A stretch of DNA of 35,864 nt from positions 194,794 through 230,657 of the forward strand of contig JBNGIO010006235.1 in the NCBI GenBank assembly GCA_049999805.1. Reading direction: 5' to 3'. The notes under the pieces were generated by a model, which saw nothing but the letters and a program-made list of their open reading frames with translations, ran no database searches and was not told the DNA's origin. Origin of the DNA: Folioceros fuciformis. Its lineage: Eukaryota. The translations under genes were made by a program, and so were the position numbers. Positions within the stretch are counted from its first letter, which is position 1, and every line of letters begins with the position of its first letter. Shown here one piece after another: positions 22,561-33,200 of this stretch.

Positions 22561-23961
22561 GAGAGGTAAACTTGGAAGGAGAGGCACCATAACCCATGTG
22601 CACAACATCCCAGGAAACGAGCTGCTCATCAACACAAGCTAGCTTGAACAGGTTCATGCCTCAACCACAGAACCTCACCACAGCCCTTACGTCGGAAGTC
22701 AGGCGAACGGGAGCTCTTCTTACCCCGGCTGTTATCTTGCCAGATGGTAGGTGTTGCCACAAGTTTTCCTGCTCCTGGCGACGACCGTCGCCGGATATGT
22801 CATTCACCCCCCCACGCTTCGTATCGGCAGTGGAAGTGATGGGCCTCGTATAGCGCTACACATGGAGGCCATTCGCGATTCTGCACGCCTGACAGATTCA
22901 GGCTTAATCCCATGTGCTCGGATCGGAAGGAGAGGGACCACGGCCCACGGGCATCTCCAACGACACTAGCTGCATGCTGTTTAACCACAGCACCTCGCCG
23001 TATCCCTTATGCCGGAAGTGAGGCGATCGGGATCCCCTGTGAGCTCGTTTGTTGTCCCACCCCACGGTGGGGTCCTCAACACCTGTTGCCACATCTGATC
23101 CTGCTCCAAGCGATGACCACCATCGATGTTGGAAAACCCATCCCGGTCCCGACCCACACATTTGATCACTAGTGGAAGACCTTGGGTCCTTACACTGCTG
23201 CACCTGGCCGCTTCGTTGGCCAGAGGTTGAGTCCCAAGGTTGAGCTGAGCGGGAGCTCCAAACAGCATCCCCGCACACATAGCACATAGCACATAGCACA
23301 TGGTTGGCTCCATAACGGGTCCAGTTGCCATACTGGGGCCATCGTTCGAGGACCACAATCGGAAGATGAAGCTAATATATAGCAGACTATGCCACACCTC
23401 CCACCTACTCCTAATAACACCAGTGTGTTCGATGAAGTCACCAAATCCACCTGCCTTTCGCGTCGTACCCTAAACTCTACTCGACCCAAGGCCAAAGGAG
23501 TCCTCAAGTGTGGCATACCAAAAGACGATAGAGAGTCCCAACCTTTTCCTTCACTGTTTTGAAAAAACAAAAAGGACAATTGCTTCCTGCTCGTGGATGA
23601 ATTTTGGCGACAGGAACTACGTACATCAGCATCGTCAAACCTCGGGACGTGACCAATTGGACGGACCAATCGGGCGTTTTTCTCCTCTTCAACATTATGC
23701 ATGGTAGCATCCCGTTATTCTGCCTTCATCGCTTTAGCACTGTCCGCTATGCACTGAAACTACGTTGTCGAATGTGTGTTGCGAGATTCAAGCTATTCCC
23801 ATGCGCTCAGAACTCGCCGCACACTCAGCCGAGGGTAACGGAGTCCAGAGGACCGCTCCGCGTCATTGTCCGGAGGAGGCCAAGTGCTAGTGTCCGGTGT
23901 TTGATGTTTACCTCTTGCTTTTGCTTCTAACTGCGTGGCTTGCCCCACCCCGTAAGGGGGT

Positions 23962-25780
23962 GTTAGTTGGTGGTATCAGAGAGCAAAGGTTGAAGCGTCC
24001 ATAACTAGTACGCTAGTTTGAGTTAGTTGGTGGTATCAGAGAGCAAAGGTTGAAGCGTCCATAACTAGTACGCTAGTTTGAGATGGCAGACCCCGTTGAG
24101 CCTAGCAAAGCAGAGAGAGTACGGCGCAGGAGGGAGAAAGCTCCGCTTGCCGAAGCCGTTGTGGAAGAGCCACATACACATCCGCAAGTTCTGGGAACGG
24201 CGGAGGAAGGAGCCCCGGGGCAGAGGACCAACACCATGATACAGGACCAGCTCCACAAGATCATGATGAGATTAGATGCCATGGATCAAGAGATCAAAGG
24301 CAGGAAGAAGCTCAAAGAAGTTGAGCATGAAGAGTTGGAACTTGAACCTGAGAGCAATGGTGCAAGAAAGTCCAAGAAGTTGAAGTTGAGCATGCAGGCC
24401 CCAAAGAGTTCGAAGAGTTACAAGGGCGAACGTGACGGAGAGAAAATCAGTTCTTGGTTTTTCTCTTTATAAGTGTACCTCGAGTCATGCGGAGTTTCGC
24501 AAGACGAGTACCTAAAGCACGTCACGAATTTCCTGGAGGTAAAGCACATCACGAATTTCTTGGAGGATTATGCTCTTACTTGGTGGAGAACTTACGTAGA
24601 GAGCATAAGGCAAGGCAAGGCAATCGCAGAGCAACTATTTTCACATGGGCAGACTTCAAGGAAGCGCTGCAACTTCGTTTCCAACCCGCTAATGCAGCGA
24701 GTTTGGCGCGAAGAATGCTCGATATTGTCAAGCATACTTGAACTTTGCGGGAGTATGTGACTATGTTCAGCTCAGTGGTATTGTAGTGTCCTGAAATGCA
24801 TGAGCAAGATAAACTCCATAAGTTTACTATCGGACTTTAACAGTCCATAAGTTTACTATCGGACTTTAACAGGTGGGCTCATGAGAGAGTCATGCGAACA
24901 AATCCTCAAACGCTGCAAGAAGCCATGGCAGCAGCAGATGCGATACCAAACATATACGATGAGGAAGCACCAATGTCAAGAGGAAGGTATCCAAGATCTC
25001 AAGGTAGATCCAGAGGTAGAGGACAAGCCACCGCCACTGGGAATAGTGGTTTGAATGAAACTGCTGGCAGAGGAAGAACTAGAGGAGATAATAAAGGTTG
25101 TGGAAGAGATAATAAAGGTTGTGGAAGACGACAAACAATGCCTACTTCTGGCGTGTGCTGTACAGCTGTGGAGAGCAAGGACATTTTGCTAGAAATTGTC
25201 CACATGCTGGAAATTCTAAGTTGAATTTGGTAGCCGCCAATCCGTCTGTTTCAAGACTCGGGATTCAAGAAGTTCCTGAAGAGCCCAAATGACGCCAGGA
25301 GCCACATGTTGTGAAAACATGTGGTGAGTCGTCTAGTGTCAAGGATGACACTATTTCCAGGGAAGGTGGAGCCCTGATGTATGTATGTGGGAAGATGAAT
25401 GGCTCAGAAGTAGAGTTGTTATTAGATTCTGCATGTATGTGGGAAGATGAATGGCTCAGAAGTAGAGTTGTTATTAGATTTTGCAGCCACCCACAATTTC
25501 ATATCTCCTTGTAAGGCAAGAGAGCTTGGTCTAGAGTGGGCAGAAACTTCCACGCCATATGGAATCAAGCAGGCTAAGGGACTCTCCAATTTTTGGGCGA
25601 ATTGCATGGAGTAAAGCTGCAAATAGAGGCGTGGAAATGAAATGTGAATTTCACAGTTGTGGATATGGATGATCATGATATATCTTAGGCCTGGAGTGGA
25701 TGAGATCCAATGAAATGCCTATGGATGTGAAGTCATGCACCGTTGAGATATACAGGAAGCGCAAGGTGGGTTGTGCTAGT
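23962..25780 (+). mobile_element. Ty3/gypsy LTR retrotransposon remnant (PBS, gag, aspartic protease; RT/RH/IN absent)
   Basis: PBS, gag from ATG 24083 (ALTWWR, TWADFKEALQLRF, PQTLQEAM), CCHC knuckle C/YSCGEQGHFARNCP (~25156-25203), protease LLDS / AATHNFIS and ILGLEWM. Stops and frameshifts throughout; LTR limits not resolved. Confidence 0.88.
23971..23981 (+). promoter_or_regulatory. tRNA-iMet primer-binding site (duplicated at 24031-24041)
   Basis: TGGTATCAGAG matches the canonical plant iMet PBS and lies about 100 bp upstream of the gag ATG. Confidence 0.85.
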
Positions 25781-26255
25781 GCTAGCCAGAAGCCTGAAAG
25801 TACATAGAATAATATACGTACAGTAGATCATAACCGACAGAAAAATTCGCCGGTTGGAGCTGACGCTTCATCGGGAGGGCAAAGGTCGCAGAAATTCCCG
25901 CATCGACTGAACACTCTTCGTGATCCCTCGTGCGGAGAGGCGATGCACAGAGTGTTGCAAGACTCTTGTTGCGCTTTGCATCGACGCGAGTGGGACGGTT
26001 GATCTTCGGAGCGAAGGGAGTGTTGGCGGGGTTTTCGTCTGAGAAGGTTGTAGACGTTGAGTTGGCCGGGAGGTTGCTGCAAGCTGGTGCGGGTCCTTGT
26101 AGAGCTGCGGTGCTAGGGTGCTGTGAGATTGCTAGCAGCGCTGTGGCATGGTACGGAATTTGTAGCTCTTGCATTCTTGAATTCATGTGGTTTGCGGACT
26201 GGTCCGCATAGGGCATGATAGTGCGGCTTGTGTCCCGGATTTTCGACCTTTGTAG

Positions 26256-29200
26256 GAGAATCCGATCCTGCAAGGATGGCGGGGTGTGGCGCATTACCGC
26301 ACCGAGAACCGGCGGAAAGTTTTCATCAAAAAGTTGGTACACTCAGCAATGTGCTGTGCAACCGTGGTGTCTCCGGCATATCTGGACACTGACGCCTTGT
26401 GGATTGGACATGGCGGATTGAAGGCCGGAGGATAGAACAAACAGCGAGCTTTATATCTTGGAAGAAACAGTTTCGCACACCAAGCTGATTAGCGATCTTC
26501 CGCTGATTAAGCGCCTTGAGGCAAGACTAATTGTGACGCCTCCAGATAGCCTCTTGCGTACTGTCAGAAAATCACATGATGATCTCCAGGCGGAATTTGG
26601 GTATAAGGCCTCTGTGTGACCTGTTGTACGCAGGTTTGCAAGCACCTCACCTATCAGGAGGTACCAGAAGATACAGTTGGTAGGTAGACCCTGCCAGCTG
26701 AAACAGTTGCTTTTAAGTTCTGTTCCGCTTGTTGCCGCGATGGATCTCCCATTCGGCATGTTTTCTCATAGTCTTTTCTGGCCTGGTTCTGATAGTTTTC
26801 AGGGAAAAAGAGATTGGCAAAACCTTTTATATCATATTCACAGGATCTGTCGTGGTACCTGGATTCAACTCCTTTTTATGCACGAAGCTCACTGTAGCAT
26901 GATTCTGGAGCTAGCTTTCTGTATAGCTAAGGAAGATGATGCTGCAAGAAATTCCAAGGATTGACATCTACATGCCATGGTTTCCTTCGCGGGGTCTGTT
27001 GTGGTTCTGTCTTCCTCCGTCTGATTCAGCAAGCAGCATCTGAGTAGTGCGGTCAATTACCTGAGCAGGTGACTATCGCCAAGGAAGATGCTAAGGAGGG
27101 CACTCCTCCGCAGGTTGTGGCGGTGTTATATTCGGGTGATAGTTTTGGTGAACTTGCACTCCTCAATGAAAATAACCTTAGGTAATTATGAGCTGCCCGA
27201 CGATGCATTCCATTTGGCTTAAAGAATCTGTCGTGAACGTAATGCTATCTGGGCGTTGGATTGCAGGACCGCAACTGTAACGACCAAAGAGAAGGTACAA
27301 AGCTGCATCTTTCAATGGCAAGAAATGTGTATGCAAAGAGCTTGAATGCTGCTTGTTATGCTGTAGAAGATACTTAGTGATCATCATCCTGGGCTTGATT
27401 GTGCTTTGAATCACAGTGTGAGCTATTAACATTAACTAAGGCTGACTTCGACGCGATACTCAAGTTCACTGAATCTGAAGACATTACGGAGAGGGTGAAG
27501 TTTTTGCAAGTACGTAGCCAAAGCATCTTTCTATCCTCTATTCAAATCGATCGTAGCGCCCTGTTGTTTCCTAGCTTACTGTATGACTTACTTCCATTGT
27601 GCAGAGCATTCCTGAACTCCGGAACCTGCCATTGGTGAGCTTGCAAAGGCTTGCCCAAGTTCTCACTCCTCGCTCTTTCCCTAAGAATAGAGGTGCGTGG
27701 TTTGATCTGCAAGGGATGGTTTTCTACCGAAGTGATATCTCAACTTCAGCTAAGTGTTTGGCAATTGCAGTGATTACTTTACAAGGAGAAGATGCTGATG
27801 AGATGTATTTCGTGAAGTACGGAGAGTGTCGGGTCAGCATCCTTGTGCTGTCATTCCTTGCAGGATACAGGTAAAAGTTAAGTCCGTGAATTTCAATAGG
27901 TTGCGGGAGAGTTGAGGACTTCGAATTGCATTTGTGCAGGTGGTCATGGAAATTTTCAACCCACTCAAAAATGCAATCATGATCCCTCGTGTTGCAAGCT
28001 TATCTCCCCAGTAAGGTGCAACATCTCTAAGACGTGTAACGTTCTCATGTTCGTGCATCCCCGTTTCTGGGACCTCACCAATTGGACCTTCGTTTGCTGA
28101 TGCCTGGATAGGCCAACAGTCCACCAGGACACCGTACACGTGAAGAAGTGGTGGCATCCTCGCCAGCAGAGACTCTCTAGTCACCATGCCCCACTGAAAG
28201 TGCGAATCGCTGCCAGAGCCTCCCAGCGACTGTCACGGGCATCCGCATTACCCTCTAAAGCCATGTCTGACCTCCTCCCATACTTTTCAGTTTCATGCCA
28301 CCAGGTAGGCATTTTGGAGGGGAGTGTTCCCTCTGCTAGGAGTCTCCAGTGCGACCGGTGTTCGTCGTCAGCAATACTGAAGAGTGATGCACGTTGTTAT
28401 TTCAGGACGTCATAGGGCCCTTCTGAGTGATTCTGTGCATGCCTGTGCAGCGCATTCAATGTGGACCTACGGAAGGATTCTACTGTGAAGCCGGAGGGTA
28501 TCTCGGAGGAACCAGTTGAGCGCCCGGAGTCTAGTATTGGCCCCCCACCAAGCGAGGTTTCGGATGCGGCTTCTGAGACACAGCAACGACGGGCATCTCT
28601 TCAGCCGCGCAAAGTCTCTTTCTCCACTGTGGCATCTGCTGTCATACCGACACCACCACTGTCCGGGGTGTTCAAATCCAAGACTCAGGTGGGAGCAGTC
28701 CTCAAGCAACCTGAACCCAATTCGCTGGCATTGGAGGACAAGATCGTGTCGGCACCAGAGTGGAGGCTGTCAACGCAAAGGAGGTCCAAGAAGAAAAGTG
28801 TGGACTTCAAGAAGACCTCGCTGACAGCATTTGTGCGAGAGCTTAGGAGGAGGCAGTATATGCACTTTTGCCACGACCTTGATTTTTCCGACAGGCAGCA
28901 ACAATTTTGGCACAGCACAACTAGTGCGAAGTTTGAGAAATGGGTGAAGAGAGTCATATCCAGGGAACGGAGCGTTATGGCTGAGAAGACGCTACTCGAA
29001 GCGCGTCAGGTGCAACGAATTTTGGGAGCGGCGCGGGCCATCAGTGCGTCATCGGGAAAGTTTAACCTCCATGATCATCGGGCCAGCGCATTTGCCGAGG
29101 TAGTCTTTTTCTTTCCTGACTGTGGATGGAGCTTCTTCGAACTCTGTCGTCTGAGCTTCTGATTCTCGTGGTGAAATGTGTCTGAGTTTACACACCACTG

Positions 29201-29851
29201 ATCAATCCTTTCTGCAGGGAACCGCAGTGTTGGACATTGGGCAGTTACACGCCGGCCAGTACTTTGGTGAGGTGGGAAACTGATCAGGTCCATTCGGGGG
29301 CTGGTCTATTCAGTTTCTGTTCTAACATAGCCATGATACGAATGCAGATGAGTCTTTACTACAAAACAACGAGGGCCGCAAGTATTGTTTCCGTGACACC
29401 AGTGGATGTGTTGGTCTTGAACAAGTGGGACTTTCATAGGCATCTGGACAAGGACCTTATGGATTGCTTTTCTTCTCATGTAACTTTGTAACTTTCGCTT
29501 CTATTATGATTCTATTTGCAGCTGTCAAACCATACACGTAAGTTCGGGGACAGCCACAGCAGCACTGAACCCGCCTGTCGATGTTCCTTATGCCCAGGAA
29601 TTCGACAAAGGTGACAACATGTATAAGAAGTACAAGAAGGCCTGCAGATGGGAGCTTTACAAGGTAAGCAGCGACACCCATTCTTGCTCTCCGAGCTTGT
29701 GTTCTCCGAATTAAATTTATATTTAAAACTGTCATGTCTGAGATTGCAGCGGAGAGCTGTGGCGGAAGTATTTAGATGCTCTCAATTCCCTGCCATCAGG
29801 CAACGCCACAACGCCTCTACACAAGAGGAGTCTTCAAAAGCCTGGACATAG
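26256..29851 (+). CDS. Multi-exon protein with tandem cyclic-nucleotide-binding domains (CNBD1/2-like); start not resolved
   Basis: Spliced peptides KPEDRTNSEL..LPLIKRLE|VCKHLTYQEVPEDTV|FREKEIGKTFYIIFTGSV|..GDSFGELALLNENNLR|TATV..|CELLTLTKADFDAIL; second domain QGEDADEMYFVKYGECR ... GQYFGE|MSLYYKTTRAASIV..VLVLNKWDF; WELYK|RRAV; stop 29849-29851. Confidence 0.85.
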
Positions 29852-30235
29852 ACTAGCATCTCTGAATATCTACATCCCACCTTCGGAGGTAATGGGGCGG
29901 ACGAATATAACGCTCTCGGGAACAGCCAATCGCACACTGAGCCCAAATAATTGGATTTATTTCAATAAAACTGACAATCACAAAAGAGGGATACTCCTTC
30001 GTGCTGAACCTGGTAAGAGATGACTACGTTAGAAGGGTGACCACCGTAAAACCACGGGCAAAACGGACTACCTTATCAGATCTTACGTAACAATCGGGTT
30101 ACCTTGTCAGGTAGCACGTGCCAGAAGGTTGGCTTGCCATGCGCATTAGCACACGTTTATCAAGGCACTTGTGTACTCAGCTTGCTGACATCCCCTAAGT
30201 TTCATCATCAGAATTTGCAACTTCATGTCATGTAC

Positions 30236-33200
30236 TCAAGGAATCTCGAAAAGCTTTTTTAGCTTAACCACCAGCCTCCAATCTTCATTAGACAAATCAT
30301 CCTGAACAGCAGCCAGTGTCATACGAACAATCAGTAGCGACTCCACTCACCGTACTATCCACCGGCCCAAGAGGTGCTGTAATGAGCCTACATACAAGAT
30401 AACATAAGTCTCCCCTTACTCTGTAGTTTTCCTTAAGTAGGTCAATTGAGTTCCGTGTCAAGGTGCTGACAAGGTTGTCTTCAACAAAGAAATGCCTCCC
30501 CACCATTTTCTGCGTCTCTTCCGCATTAGTTCCCACGATCTGACAGACAACGAGACAGGTCGAACATTCAGTACAGTGCAAATACCAAGGGGCAACAAAC
30601 CCGACCCGTTTCAACAAGGTTCCTAACCTTCATAGCCACACTTTGACCCTTTTTGGCTGTATCCACATCTTTGTGATTAACTTCAATTGAGGCTATCTTC
30701 CCGATGGCAATGTATTCCTTGGAAGGAACACATAGTGGTGTCCCAACCTGCCACACAAACATACATGAAATTGTCAGCTGGTCGAATGTCGGCAGACCTA
30801 TTTCAAATACCAACCATGAGAGTGTGAGGTGAAGAACAGGAATCACGCACTTTTGCGATGCCTTCTACCACATTCACGCCAACCACGATTGGGTCCTTCT
30901 TGTTGAAGACACACTGTGGAAGAATTTCAAGAATACATGGAAACACTGCTTCCTCAGCCGACTCCTTCCGCTTCTCTTCCTTCACACTGTTCATATAAGC
31001 TGTAAACTGATCAAACAAGTGGTATATGATATCTGCCATGAATATCTTCACACCATATTCCTCTGCCAACTCCTTTGCTTCAGGAGTAACCTTCACATCA
31101 AACGCCAGAATGGTTGCATACTCCTTCCGCTTTCTCTCAAGCATGACACTGGCTCGCATGACATCTTTCTTATGGACAGGGCCGATGCCAATGCCACTGA
31201 CAGGAATCTTCACACTAGGACTCTTCAGAAACTCCAACAGGGCTTCCAGTGAACCGAGGGTAGATGCTTGTACACACACGCCCTCCCCACTTTTGTCAAT
31301 ACGGCTCATGACACTCTTCATATCCTGCATAGCTTCCTCCTTCACATCTTCAAGGTCGTCCTCCGGTCCAACAACATATAATTGAGTGCCAGCTATTGCA
31401 TGCTCAAGGCCCTAGATTGCAAGTTTCAAAGAACACCTCAGACATGACTAACATCTTACACACCAGACAGCGGACTGACAAGAGAACCTACCAGGAAACG
31501 AGGAACCAAACATGATACGTAAGACCAAACCTCCAGTAAAAATGTAAGATTCACGCACCTGAGCTGTTATTTTGATTCCTTGAGCTGCTTTCAACTCCTT
31601 ATGATGCTGATATGATCCCTGCCACACAGAACAAGAGAATCACCCTGAGAGAGCAAACAAAGCTCTTCTGTGCACCACGTGATCGTTATAACTATGTAGC
31701 TTATGTAAGAACCATGACTACAATCCACCGAACTAACATCACTAACCTTCACTCGGAGCTCCTTCATAGGGTGTGGCGTTAACAAAGCTCTAATTGTTGT
31801 GACGACGGGCTCCTGAAGATTGTTTAGACAGCAGTTAGCACCACCAGAAGATGTCTGGAATACCTGGGGTGATAGTTCCTCCACCCACAACGAGCAAAAT
31901 TTGGTCAAGATCTGACCTGCATTCCACACACAACAATCTGATCTCCTTCATGGAGGACACCGTTCACCAGAATGACATCAATAGTTGTGCCCAATCCCTC
32001 TACCACCTTCACCTCCAATACGGTGCACTGCATTGCACACACGCAAAAGCACAATGAGTTTCCAGTTGTTTCCCTCCAATCGCAGAAAAGCTCATAGGGC
32101 AGGCAAACTTATGTTGGAAAACCAGGACCCACCTGCACTTCACTGATGTACATGAGCTTGTCCTCCATCATCTTCTGTGTCAACTGTATCAATAACATGA
32201 GAATATCGGGGACACCTTCTCCACTGCCAACCAGGGAAGGAATCAAGTTCAAGAATGAAACTGAGAGAAATGAAAGTTTTTGCTCAACTCTGTCCCAACA
32301 GTTCTGTCGCCAACCTGATTGCGCTTGTAGGAACAATGCTTATAAACTTCCGAATTTCCTTGTTCCTGTAGTACAACTCTGAGTTCAGCCCCTGCTCTTT
32401 CAGCTGTGTCACAATCTGCAAAAGCATGGAACAACGCGACATTGAGAGTGATAACACTCAGAGATTTCACTTTCAGGAAGTCAAAGTAGCTGTAATTATT
32501 CTTGAACTAGATGTCACTCAACAGAGCAGGCACCTTCCAGATGACTGCAAAACACCAAAAAACTAGATAGGTGGTGATGCAACATACGTGGGTCATTCGA
32601 GTCTCAAATTCTTTTTTCACATCTTGTGTCTGCTGATTGAAAGCATCTTTGATTGGCTTATTTGGACAGGCTTTCCACCCATATAACCTATCCACCTGTT
32701 CTCGCTCAGGAACACCCATGTTGTTGACTGGTCAGAAAACTTGTCGCACACCATGAGGGACAAATAGCGTTAAGCAAAGCCCGAAGAAGCACCCATCTTG
32801 TCTCGTCAAGCAACTTGTGGTGCAACATGCAGACAGAGAGAGGTAAAAGCATCGTCACCTTATTTAAAGCGACCACAAATGGCGTCTTCCGAGATTTCAG
32901 CAAATTCAAGGATTCTATTGTCTGTGGTTCCAGACCATGCATAATGTCAATCACCAAAATGGCTATGTCACATAAGCTAGAACCTCTCGCCCGTAAATTC
33001 GTGAAGGACTCATGGCCTGGTGTGTCAATCACAAGCAAGCCTGGGACTCGAAGTTTAGCCTGAGACTGTAGTTCTTTTGTTCTCTCTCGGATGTTTTCCA
33101 TGGGGAAATAAGTGGCTCCAATCTGCTGAGTGATCCCACCAGCCTCTCCTTCTTGAACGTTTGTCCTTCGAATACAATCGAGCAATTTTGTCTTCCCTGT

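Noticed and set aside
23430-23961. 5' LTR of the gypsy element
   Set aside because: Position fits, but there is no second LTR copy and no terminal CA before the PBS, so limits cannot be supported.
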